DNA of 64,000 nt from Nemertoderma westbladi. Taxonomy: Eukaryota; Animalia; Xenacoelomorpha. This document shows positions 51,501-64,000 of this stretch, piece by piece. The stretch is from NCBI GenBank assembly GCA_032718475.1, contig JAUCBJ010001398.1:1-64000 (forward strand), in the 5' to 3' direction. Numbering within the stretch: position 1 is the stretch's first letter; each line of letters begins with the position of its first letter. Made by a program: the position numbers and the translations under genes. A model generated the notes under the pieces. The model saw only the letters and a list, made by a program, of their open reading frames with translations, was not told the origin of the DNA and did no database searches.

Positions 51501-51939
51501 TTTCTTCAATTTTTCACTATCATCACTTTTATCCACGCTACGCATGAATGAATGTGGCAGTTAGCAATGGAGGTCCATCATTTATTGGCGAGATATTTTG
51601 TTTTGAAGCGTTTCGCCGGGCTTTATGAGGCCCACTTCTAGTCTGGAATAGAACACGAAACTTGTTTTCAACCTTTAGGTGTTAAAGAGTGCCACAGAGT
51701 GGGTTGCTGAGAGCTTCAGGGCTCCGGGCTGGGTTGTATGGGTCCTGGACAAGGCTGCTAGAACCGGGCCCTGCATGACACTGAGATATCCCCCCAGTGT
51801 TCTACCGAGGTTGCATTGAGTATTTGTATAGTGAGGCCTGCGTTAAGAAGATCTTTTATGGTGGTTTGGCAGGCCTTACACAGTTTCTTATAGGGGCCCC
51901 ACTCTGGCTTAAGAGGGCCCCTTTTGTACTATGAGCTTT

Positions 51940-51978
51940 TATATAAGACTGGTTGTAGGTTGGCCCCTCGGTTCACTA
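51940..51978 (+). promoter_or_regulatory. Possible TATA box and initiator for Lhx2/9
   Basis: TATATAAG at 51940 with TCACT ~33 bp downstream, at the end of a GC-richer block ~230 bp before the ATG. Confidence 0.3.
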
Positions 51979-52178
51979 TTATATTTTGTGCTTCAGAGCG
52001 CGGTTGCCCGAATTGTAAAGTTTGTTGTTGAATTTCTATCTGAAGTTAGAAAACTTTAAAATTTATGGATTATTGAACTTAATATTGAAAACATTGATAA
52101 TATTACATAATTATTGAATTTATCTTTTGTATAACTCAGCTGCTGACGTTTTCTTATTATTTATTATATTCGCCCACA

Positions 52179-55100
52179 ATGACTGAGATTTTATCTTCGG
52201 AAGGTCCGACCCAATTTAATTCCCATTGGAGATCCTCGCCCATTGTGTTTAGTAGTAAGAAGATAAAACAGGAGTTGAAAGAAGATAGCAAATCTCCTGT
52301 ATCAAATAATAATTATTCCGTCGCTCAAAATCACCCACATCTTGTATTGCATCAAACTAATCTTAATATTAAGGTAACCAAATTGTTTAATTTTAATTAT
52401 TTTTTATTAAATTTGGCGTATCAATATATGAGTTCAATACTTTGGTAAATCATTGAGTTGTGTGCAGCGACCTATGACAAAGGAGTAAGCCTTGTACAAC
52501 GTCTTCCACAATGATCAATATTTGATGAAAATGAAATCAGAAATTCTTATTATATTGGGTGTGGAATATGGCCTGCGAATGTGTTATTATCATTAACACA
52601 ATTTTGTTGATATTTTTTTTAGTTTATTTTTAATTCATTTTAATTATATTTTTTGTTCGTCAAATTTAGCAAAAGTTAAGTTTCGGTATGCTTGAAACAC
52701 GAAACACTGGAGACATCCCAATACCTTTTATCCCTTGGCTGTTACCAGTAAGGCAGGGGGGCACACTAACTCCCAAGGTCGAATACTTTCACTATACAAC
52801 CCTTCTATTTACTCCGCTATCAGTCAGTAGTCAGGTCCCCATTATGCCGCTGGGTTGATGAAACCACTAATTTCTAAATTGTATTTCTTACGGACACCAC
52901 AGTGCGAAAATTATACAGAATTAATTAATACATTGAAAATTATACATTTGAACCTGCCTGCCCAACACAATAGTGAAAGTATTTCAGGTGCGATATCCAT
53001 TCGGACACCCTGGGACACTTAATAAGTGGGCGTAGTGTGGTCGTTAAAATCGTGACAATGTTAAACAGAGGTGGGCGTAGTTAAAATACAGGCATTATTG
53101 GAAAGGCGAGGATGATCTACCAATCTACCTTGGGTGTCCTCATAAAGTTATACTGTATTTTTTTATTTATGTGCGAAAGTAATATTAAATTACAAAGATA
53201 TGCGTTATTTTTTTGAATCGCGACGTTTATATCTAACTTTATTCTCAGGTGTGTCGCGACGAGAAACCTTTCCAGTGCGCTGGATGTTTGGGACGAATAT
53301 TCGATAGAGTTTACCTCGACGCAGTAGACAAACAGTGGCATCTAAACTGCCTCAAATGTTCCCAATGCAAAATCCCTTTAGACTCGGAACTAACTTGCTT
53401 CACTAAGGACGGCAATATATACTGCAAGGATGACTATTTCAAGTGAGTTGTTTGTAAAAGACCCTAAATTATTTGCATTGTGTCTTTGTTACCGGTCAAT
53501 AAATCACATTTCATTGTCTGTAGAAGTCTGTATGAGAGATTTACGCGGTTACTGGTTGATGGGTGACCATAAAACATGCATACAATCTCCTTATCGACCC
53601 ATCTAGGCCCTCATATACCTCTTCTATTGGCTTTATTGCGTCCTGTAAGTAGTTAATTACAGTGTACTTTAGAGCCCGAGCTCTGGTGTAGATGGCTCTT
53701 CTCCAATGCATCTCATGTTAGCACCATTTATATTTTTCAATTGGAATAGCGTCCTCCTCGATCTATATATGGCTCGGGGGTTTTCAGGTTACGTTCCGTT
53801 TAATCGATCTCGGATTGTTTGTCCGTGCGGATCTATCCGTCCGTACAACACCTGGCTCACAGGCAGGTTCCTCGCCGCCGTAAAGCCAACATTATTTAAA
53901 GGTTGCCACGCCCTTCTGTTCTGTACCATACTTTTGAACTAATTGAGAGGTTGATGCGGAGACCGGTTGATGTTATAGTTTTATTTAGATTTTATTTCGG
54001 TATAAAATATATGCCTCATGGGATGCGAGAGTGAGAAACGACATCGGTAAAAAGCAAAAATATTTGTGTATGTACTATTTAATGAACCATGACCGAGGGG
54101 GCCCCACGTTTTATAAATTACATTTACATACAATGTTTGGGTTGCCCAAGAGTCCAGGGTATCAGATCAGCTGCTATATGCCCTTTATCTAGGCCATTCA
54201 TTGTGAGGGGTCGTCGCCAACCATATACCGGCCCAACCTTCTGACCTAGGCTATATTACCGGGTTTGTTTTCCGTGGCTGGTCTCCTATTGTGCCCTTCC
54301 CCAGCCGTATCTTTTGTTCGAGTTTGCATTGTCCATTCCCTTCTGCCTCTCTTGATCTCTCCTTATCTCAGTGAGTGGACGGGCCTCTATTAATGTATAG
54401 CCTAGCCTAGGTTGTGGTCTGTATGCGACCGCAACCATGTTTATAACGGTGCTATAACCAATAACGTTTTGTTAGGGCGTGGTAGGATTCTCATTCTATT
54501 CCGAAATCTCCTAGTCTCTCTCATGTTGTTCTCGCATCGAATCGTAATGTAATTTAATGAATTTATTTTTTATTCCAAATAATAATTTTATATTTTGAGG
54601 GTAAATTTAATTTTGAAAAATACCTTTTTTGACAATATATTTTTTAATAAGAAATTAATTTTAAATTAGGTGCGCAATAAGTGCACCTAATTTTTAGCCT
54701 TTCACTAAAGTGGAAAGTGTGTGATATCAGCGGTCTCTCGCAGCGATTATCTAGTCCACCTGTTAAGATCACTGATTAGTTTTGAGGTTTAGTCGATACA
54801 TTGTTTGTTTCCTATTGTGTGGTGTTACTACGTCAATTACTCAGCGAGTTATTAATAAACATCCCTCCGTCATCCTTTCTCCTCCCCACCTGCGGACTGT
54901 TACTGATGGCCCTCATTATCCCTTGCACCGTACCTCTTTACCTTTAATTTATCGACACAACCTTTGGTCTCTATGTAACGGGTTTTTGTTGCACCTTTTT
55001 TTAATGGGGTCTCTCAATCAATAAAGACAACAAGGCATTGCTTTTATTAACTTCGGCTTGACCATTCGACAGGCAAAATCTCTAAATTTTCGAATCTTCT

Positions 55101-58100
55101 GTCCATTTATTGTCCCTCATGAGCGGTAAGAAAGTATAGATCTCGTGATAGAATACTATGCATCCGTATTGTACGATTTTATAGTGAAATTAATTTCATA
55201 CATAGGTGATGTCCTTCGCATACTATTTTAATTGACAATTAATACTTTTAATGGGGACTTGTATTAAATGCCTCATGTTTAGGAATTTCACACTGACTTA
55301 GGTTTTCAAATGTATCTGCCTAAGATAGATACTATTTCTACTTATGCGAGAGTAATGTGTTGCAGAATAACGCTATAGGTAGTAACAGGTGTCCGTTCAT
55401 TAACGGTCACTTCGTATATATTGTGGATGGATATTATTTATGCGAGCTTAATTTTATGGCCAGTATGACACTGTAACGGGCTTTCAACCCGGTGATCACC
55501 GCCATGTTTTTGCTCAATTAGTGGCGAGCTATTATCTTGTAAATACGGACCCTACACCTGTGGACTGACTCTATCAGGGGTGAATGAATAACCAATATTA
55601 CTTTACTTGTCACCAACGTACAGGCCTCTTTGCGATCCTGGCCCCGGCCTGTCCTGTTCAGGATATTCTTAATTTTGTCGCTTTTTATACTCGCGGTATT
55701 TCGGACTAAATTCATGCCAATCTATCAATTGAGCTTGATATATAGCTTAGGAATAACTATAATAATAATAATAATAATAATAATACCTGATGGTATGTTA
55801 TCATAACATCAGATGTTGGAAAAAATTATTTAAAAAAATTATTAATTATTACAAATTAATTCATGTTCCTCAATGCTCTCATCGTATCACATATCCAAAC
55901 ATTAAGTTGTGGTTAAATTGTTATATCTGTCAGTAATTTTATACATTTAATTTTGTCTTTTGTATAGAAGATTCTCCGTAAAGCGATGTTCACGTTGCAA
56001 CACCGGCATTGGGAGTAGAGAGATGATAATGCGAGCCAAGGACTTCGTCTACCATTTGCAGTGCTTCTCGTGCGCCACGTGTCACAAATCCCTCAGCACA
56101 GGCGACGAATTCGGAATGCGGGACACCATTATATTCTGCAGGTATTAATAAAATAATTGAAATAATATAATATATTAATTTATTGATCATAAACAAATAA
56201 ATGTTTGCATTGAATTTGTAAATTTGTTCCTTAAATTTGTAAACTATTTATTTATTTATTTTCCAGACCGCATTACGAAATGGCTCTACATGAGGACATT
56301 GTGCAACAAGGGGCGGCCTTCGCTCTCAACCCTTCAGGGGCTCCCCCTCCCGGTGGTTATTTCACCGGCGGCGGTACCGGCAGTCAGAAAGGCCGACCGA
56401 GAAAGCGAAAGAATATAACCGTGGGAACCATAGGGGATGACTGCTCCACCACACCCACACCGTATGGTCTATCAGGTAAGTCTAGTGATAGCGGAGTAAA
56501 ATACGTTATAAGGCGTCACATTATTTGGTTATTAGGCTGTAAGTCATCATGACCAATACCACTTCGTATACAATACACTGTATAGACTTTAAGTTTGAGT
56601 GCGGGACGATTATTGTTCATAAATATTAATCTCCGGGGATTAAATTGTTCGGGTGTGTCTCCATACGGCGGGTGTATAGCCATTCTATACACAGTTGGTC
56701 CGGGGTCTAATACAACCTTAAATTAATCCTATCATCTCTTGCATGGCACCCAAGTGCAACTATTACAGGTCGCTATATAGTTTAAGATTTTTACGATCCA
56801 TCGCTATAATGTTTCAATGATTTTCCCCCGAGGGGAGGGGATTATTTCGTATTGAGCGGATAAATTGCGGAGTTCATTGATGCGTGTGCACTGGGGCGGA
56901 ACGAACTCTTTATTGCGTCCAACCGTATGATGGGCAAATGGATTGTCTTCCGAACGGTTGAACTCTCAATATAACGCCAAGTCTACTCGCTCGCCCTCCG
57001 GCTATTTAAGCGCAAAGGGGTGGGTGTTTATACTTCGTCCCCGCTATACACTGCCTACCCATTTATCTGATACTTTTGTATATAATGCCTTGTTCCAAAG
57101 AATAGTTATTCTAGTTAGGCAACTACTCTGAAAAACCTACTTAAGTAAATGCATGATGGCTTTAATGGTGGGTTCAGGTTTACTAATATTTAAGTCTTGG
57201 CTGCCATTACCGTGTTATATACCAGTAATAATAAGATTTGAATAATGCCAGTGATTGCCTTCCATGTTAGGCCCCTTTCCGTGGACAGTATATTCCTACT
57301 CACATATAGTTCCTATACATCTTTTGTGAATAAGGCTTTGTTTTCCTCAGGCCAAAGCTGGCTGTACGCGGTTTACGGCCCCCTGGGCTATATGTGTGTA
57401 AGGCAGTGGGTGAGTTGAGGCGGGTATTGTGCATGGAACCTCCTATGCCGAACGACCCCTGATATAATAATATAGACCGCTGGGCTGGTTGTAGTTCCTT
57501 GCACCAAACACGTCAGACGCTTTACGGATATCCTTTGTGAGTGAAGTAGTTTCTATTGAGAAACTATTTCGCCTATGGTCCTGTTCTCCCCCGTTTGTAG
57601 ACGGAATGTTACCTTTGGATGGGCCCGTAATGTTGGTGAACGCGATGAATGTAGTTTCTCAGTTTAAAAGCTTCTTGTAGCCTCAGCTAATGTGCTGCCA
57701 ACCGCGTATTGTAAACAATTCCCAGGATTTGGACCCCTGCGTTGCCATTCATTTTCCTCGAGTAGCAGACTTGGTATCTCCTTCAGTTGTGGATTGGCAC
57801 TAGAGGCGGAGCACCCATACCCCCCCCCCCCCCCCCCCCCCATTACAGTTCTTAATACTACGTACTAAGTCGCAGAAATTCTATCAGTGCATTTTTTGTT
57901 CCACAGTAAACCCTTCTTATCTGCATCCCAAGTTACCTTGGTTCCCATTTGATGTCAAAATAATATAGTTCAAAACTGGAAATTTAAATCGATCACAAGC
58001 TAATAATATCCCCGGGTTTCTCTTCATGATCGGATCTTGTGAGGGAATCATTATTTAACGTCTCTCTTGTACATTATACACATTTTTCCATAGCAAGAGC

Positions 58101-61100
58101 TAGATTGTATCACAAAGGCTCATCATCATTGGCATAGGCCTGCTGGAGATGAAACTCTTATCAAACTCAACATTTTAGTGAATTAAAGAATCAGGGTAAA
58201 TGGAGCAAAAACTAGCATTGCTGTCCGGCTAGATACAGAAAGAACCTTTTGCGTTTAGAAAGGAAAGCTTTTACCGATTGCCCGTCCCTGTCGTCATCTT
58301 ATCGTAGTTCGAAAAGGAGAGGATTTTTGCATCTTATCCTCCGGCTTTCTAATGCATTTATCTCGTACACATTTTACCCGAAACTGGAATTTCCCCGCAT
58401 GTATGAGCATAGCGCAAGTGTTGTCGCAAAAGCGAGAGGATAAACGCTTAGCCATCAGCAGTCACTGAAGAGGAGGGGGGCATATCAATATATGAGAGAT
58501 AACGCGGACCGACTTGGGAGTGAATGTTGCACCCCAGGGACCAAGGGCAGGACAGAGACACTCACTTACCCCAACCACAACAATGGCTGCGATGTGGCTC
58601 CTGTAGAAATGAATTCAGTCAGTCACTTACCTTCGGACATCGATAAGATTGTATGTTGAACTTGATGGCTTTTAGATTTTCAGTTCGTTGTAACATCCGA
58701 TTATACCAATACAAATACATGTTTTACTAAAAGCACTGTGTTGTTATTTTGGAGAACCTTAGCTGTTTACCCTGTGGACGTTGGTTTATGATTTTATCTG
58801 ACAGCAAATCGACATCACCAGGCTCCCCATTTTCCCCTACCCCGCGTATTCATTCTCTCAAGTCAAATGATGTTAATTTTTCACAAAACTGACTATACGA
58901 ATGTTCCTTCATTCAATAATGGGTGTCTTGCTATTGGTTCGATTATTGATAGAATCGGTGTTGGTAAAACATAAAGAATCGGTCTTATCTTCTAACCTTT
59001 TTAGTCTAAATACTTTTTTGAAGCAGAAATTAACTCATTCATTTAGTTTTAACAATATTTTATTTGGCGATTTTTCCTACTTTTGCAATGCATATCAAGT
59101 TTCGTCCATTTCTAATATATAACGATATCGCTTTATAATTCATTCTGTTTCATCTACAAAATAATGCTTTTTATTTCAAAATCATTAATGTTTCACCATC
59201 AGTAATATTTATATAATCTCCTGTTAACGATGTAATTACATCAGAATTGGGTTAGCGAATGTTAGGACACACAAGTGTGCCAGTAATTGACGTGGTTCGC
59301 CTCTTCTGGAAGTGCGGGTATCCGAGATGAAAGTTTACCGAGAAGTAGTAGCTCGATAGATCGACCAAGGACATGTCGGAATTCGAGTAGGCCGATGATC
59401 TATTAACTCGATGCAGTTCCACTTATACTTACTGAAATGTGACCAATTACCTTGTAGCTAGAAGTGCTCATTCTACTTTTGACAGGTTATGAAGAGGTTT
59501 TGTTAGCTGCTGCCTACTGCGAAGGTAAGGCATTATTTCTGCGGGAATGTTTCATTTTGCAGCGTCAGCGCATTATGAAGCATGCGATGTATTTGCTGGT
59601 TACACTGATTTAAGTCTAAGTGCTCTGCATTCCACATTTCGTACCGCAATGTATACTGATGAAATTGTGAAATTTGACCAATAATTTAACCATTACTATA
59701 GTTATTTCACTGATAAATCACAAACCTCTCAGAACGTAACCCTTGATGAGTCGATGATTTGTTGCTTGAGGGAGCATCTAAGAATTCTGGTTTAGTTGGA
59801 CCTGCTATCCACCTGCATGACCTAAAGTGAAGTGGGCTTTAAAGTGTCTAGACTGACATTCTTCAAATAACTGTCCGGTGCAGATGCTCATTTGCATTCT
59901 AAGTCATTTTATATACCCTATACTTAGTACTTGGCTGTTATATTATCATTATGTAAATTTTGCTTGAAACCTAATATTATGGTTTTGTTGCTAAAGGTGA
60001 TGAATATTCCGTGGTAAGGTATCGCAACCCTATTAATTTAATTGTTAAAATGCCTTAAGCGTTTAGTGTTTAATGTAAATTTGTAAATTAATCCGATTTC
60101 ATTGCTATTACACTAAAACAAGAAGGTGGCTCCCAGATGGCATTTACGGGAGATTTTAAAGTAAATGATGGTAATTTGGAAATAGTCGTCTGACCTTTTT
60201 ATACCTAGCATGTTTGACATGGGTAAAACATTGGTTTTGTCTCATTCTCGTTTATGCTTCTTACCCAATGTTCCTTTACAGAACGTGAGTTTCCTGTTCT
60301 TTCAAACCGGTACTACAGAACATCCGACCCCCAGGGTAGTCAGGTTTCATGTCCCTGGCCTCATTAGCGTAAAAATAACTACATGAACGACTGAAAGAGC
60401 CTTGGATTTGTCCCAATTAAGCAGGAAATTTTTAAACGTGTGTGTTGTACAATTGTACATCCTCATCTTCTTGTTCCCTGTTCCCATGCCTGGATGGGTT
60501 GGAGTTTTATTAGGTTTTTTCTGAATATACAAGTATACAACCTAATTTAATCTCGCAACACTTTTTGTTGATTAGACAATGTCTAATAAATTGATTTCAT
60601 TTAATTGGCGATTATACCTCTACTACTCTATTGCAGACAAGGAATTTTGATTATTCCCCACGGCGGCGACCCCGTTAATACCAAATTCAACCGCACTCAA
60701 CATGTACAAGATGACATAATTATTGTACATAATAAAGATACACATAAAAAACATGTTAATATATTTTATACACAAAACTAAGGTGTTACAACTTTCATGA
60801 GACCTTTTTCGCGTTTTAGTAAATAACATAAAGAATATTAACAATATTGTGCTTTTTTTTTTCTAAAATGCTAGTGTCAATTATTTTTCAGATAGGGGGG
60901 GGGGGGGGGGGGGGTCTTTCGTTAATCAAAATGGGAAAGTCGACGCAAATAACAGCTGATTACTTACAAAAATAAAACAGTAACTTGTTCTATTGACTTT
61001 AATTTATTGTTTTTGTTAGAATAACGTGCCACTATAACCTGCTCCTTTCCCTTAATTGACATTAAAACTAGTTATTAATTAGCCGAGATGGGATTTGCGT

Positions 61101-63799
61101 CTAGCTCTCCCCTGTCTCTTATTTTTTGCGTATTTCTTCCGCAAAAATAAATTAATTGTTCACACATTTTCATATACATTATGTAACAAAGCTTTAGTGA
61201 TGGTAAATCCTAAATACTCAACTTGAAAACCGAAAGTCAGTGACATATCAAGCAAGATTAACACAACGTCCACCAATATCAATATCGTCGTCTGAATTAT
61301 TATTTAATTTTTCGAAACCTAACCCGCATTGTCATTCCGCATTGCTTCACATTTACATATTTCTATAGGGACTTAACAGCGGCAGCTGCTTCTTAAGTTC
61401 ACAATATCGATTTAGGGCAGCTGTAAGACCAACCGTGTTGAAAATCACCGTTATTTTATTGAGCTGGTCTTGAATGCGAGGTAGACCAATACGGTCGGAG
61501 CTTTGGCCACTAGTTGCGATCGATGCTAGCAGGATTAGGCAATGCCAACGCTACAACCAGTACAACTTCGTTTTTGCGGCCGGTTGTTCAAAGCCTCTTG
61601 ACGCCTGTAGTGCCCTTCCAACGTCAACTGACTTACTCCACTCTATTGTTACAACGGACTCGCACTCTATATAACAGAACTACCTTATCGACCTATCTAT
61701 CTTACCCCCACCACTACCATTATTGCCGACTTCGTGCAACACAGTAACTTTAACTCAACAGGGTTATTGATCTATTAAGCTCTCATAAGAATGGGTATAT
61801 AGCGGAAGTTAGTGCATTGTTTTATTGTTTAGGTGCCAGGTGCCCGCTAGTTAACGATTATCATCCTATTCACTCGCGCTGTCTGTTAGTTCTGTGGTTG
61901 TTGTATCAATAAATCTTGTCTATATTTCCCTTCCAAACCAATATTTACTCTGCAATTGGCCATATTTATCGATTTCTACGCGATATTACTTTCTATATTC
62001 CCCTTTAACCCTTATTTTCGTGACAGGTTTCATCATTTGGTATCAAAAGGCATTGCTTCATAGAGTGTATGAAGCAAGACTACTTAAGGTCAGCCTTAAA
62101 CATCAGCTGGAGACAACACTCTATTGTAAAGTGTATTTTTATAATAATAATAATAATAATAATATTGGTTATTTATATAGCGCTTTTCTACGCTCAGCAT
62201 ACTCAAAGCGCTTTTATTATCATTACCCCAGCAAAGCCAGGTTCCCATTATACCACTGGGTTGGCACAGGAGTTTAATCGGGGGATGAGACTTGACACTG
62301 ACTAAATCACTTGAACAACGAATTGATGGTTGCTACACAAGACTACTAAGGACAGCCCTAAACATCAGCTGGATACAACAAATGACAAACGCCGAGCTTT
62401 ATGGTACAATACCACCTGTATCAACCACCCTCCGTGAACGCAGATTAAGATTCAGTGGGCACTGCTGGCGAAGTAAAGACGAGGTCATACCAGATCTACT
62501 TTTCTGGCAACCAATAAGTCATGGAAAGCGTAGTCGTGGACGACCGGCCATAACAGATATAGATAAACTTAAAAGAGATACTGAACTTGGGAGAAACGAA
62601 ATTGCGACAACTATGGAGAATCGGGAAGCCTGGAAGGATCTCATTTCCACTGTCCGAGTTTGCTCGACCTAGTAGTAGTAGTATGAAGCAAGTAGTTGTT
62701 ACCATGGTTTTACCTTTTACCTTAGTTACAAGTGACGTTTTTATTTGTTGCAGGGATGGATCAGAACCAGAACCCGGATGTGTTAGACCCCAACAACCCG
62801 TACCATCAGGGGTCGCTCTCGCCTGGAGGGGGTGGTAATTCGAGAACCAAACGCGTTCGGACGAGTTTCAAACACCACCAACTTCGAACAATGAAGAGCT
62901 ACTTCAATCTGAACCACAACCCAGACGCCAAGGATCTCAAGCAGTTAGCTCAGAAGACCGGACTTTCCAAGAGAGTTCTGCAGGTTCGTTCCACCTTTAT
63001 ATTATATTAAATATTTATTAAAAAATATAATATCAGTTAATTTTTTCCTTTCTTCTATTATACATGTTATGTATTCATTGTACATATACACCGCATTTAA
63101 ATGTATGCAAATTTCATTTATTATTATTAGTAATAGTAAGCGGCAATATGGACAGTGTAATACAGACATATGCATGGTAAAAGCATCAAAACCAAGGAAA
63201 TGTAATAATATATTTCCTTTATGTTTCTTTAGGTTTGGTTCCAGAATGCCCGAGCGAAGTACCGACGGCTAATGTTAAAGCAACAGAACGGTGGTTCGGG
63301 AGCGACAACCGGCGAGAGTGGAGGCAGTCCGAGCGACCCGGATAAATCGTGCAACTCGATGGACTCGCCGACGGGGGGACTCATGGACGACGACGACGAC
63401 GACGACGATGACGATGACGACGAACTCGCGTCGACGCTCAGCGGCTCGATGACGTCGTCGCCAGGAGAGGCCAGCGAGAACCCGTCGCCGGTGCTTACGG
63501 ACCTGGGAGGGGGGCCGAGGGACCCCCGTGGGGGGATGGGGGACCGCCGCGGGGGGATGGGGGACCTGGCAGGGGGCCCGGGGGACCTGCGCGGGGGTAT
63601 GGGGGACCTTACCTCCCTACCCCTCCTCCCGCCCTCCCTGCACCATGGTCTACCCTCCCCTTCCCCAACCCATCCAGGTTTGAACCCGGTGGTTTCCCTA
63701 ACAGATTCCTACCATCCAGGTTGCCATTCCGTCGCCAATCTCCTCTCCATGGACCAGAGGATGTGTCGACCACAACCTCTTCGAGACTTCTTCGATTAA
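52179..63799 (+). CDS. Lhx2/9: LIM-homeobox transcription factor Lhx2/9 (apterous class); exons 52179-52373, 53249-53442, 55968-56141, 56267-56475, 62754-62983, 63233-63799
   Basis: LIM1 CAGC..IFDRVYL..WHLNCLKC..LDSELTCFTKDGNIYCKDDY; LIM2 RFSVKRCSRC..YHLQCFSCATC..FGMRD..CRPHYE; KGRPRKRK; homeodomain RTKRVRTSFKHHQLRTMKSYFNLNHNPDAKDLKQLAQKTGLSKRVLQ|VWFQNARAKYRR. All introns GT-AG with compatible phases (0,2,2,1,0). Exon 1 is the least certain. Confidence 0.96.
52834..53010 (-). mobile_element. Degenerate copy of the tRNA-derived SINE (Lhx2/9 intron 1)
   Basis: CCCATTATGCCGCTGGGTTG..TATCCATTCGGACAC matches 30745-30903. Confidence 0.7.
62141..62270 (-). mobile_element. 3' half of the tRNA-derived SINE
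   Basis: Near-identical to 30646-30775. Confidence 0.88.
62288..62684 (+). mobile_element. RTE-like non-LTR retrotransposon 3' fragment
   Basis: IDGCYTRLLRTALNISW..TNAELYG..RRLRFSGHCWR..RGRP..MENREAW followed by a (TAG)n tail; a duplicate scrap lies at 62076-62118. Confidence 0.85.
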
Positions 63800-64000
63800 T
63801 GGTAACTCACTCGATTCTCATATAATGTTCAGCAATATAAACCATTATTTATTAATCATGGAATTATTTAATAATTCTAACTAAATATTTTGCCAACGAA
63901 ACTCCTACCTTGATTATTTTCGTTATCACAACTCTTATTTATTTTTCAGGATATCCTTCAAACATGTTGTCCTGTGTTTTTTCGTAATACATTTTCACCT

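Noticed and set aside
60310-60370. Hammerhead-like CTAATGA..GAAAC (minus strand); similar CTGATGA..GAAAC near 41987
   Set aside because: Core or stems are mismatched; I could not close all three helices.

Overview
Animal (probably invertebrate bilaterian) genomic DNA: AT-rich, with GT-AG spliceosomal introns and many transposons. No CRISPR array, rRNA or intact tRNA gene was seen. Host genes: an intronless TSR2 (minus strand, no ATG, apparent CTG start), a 3-exon BTB-BACK-Kelch gene, a 6-exon Lhx2/9 (apterous-class) LIM-homeobox gene and a 323-aa intronless orphan ORF with two hydrophobic segments. The largest mobile element is a 5'-truncated CRE-like non-LTR retrotransposon (about 18110-24002, minus) encoding Ulp1 protease, zinc finger, RT, CCHC and a restriction-like endonuclease (RLE), split by three nested MITEs. 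The most striking observation is not in the ORF track: 1 nt after this element's reconstructed stop codon lies a decayed copy of the last 42 codons of histone H3, inside the poly(A)- and probable TSD-bounded unit. A sister element's 3' end at 35761 lacks it. Also present: two more non-LTR fragments, a fold-back IS3EU-like transposase fragment, a tRNA-derived SINE family, Helentron-like and MITE families (three with empty-site partners in the window) and several minisatellites. All calls come from manual reading and translation; no database searches were run.
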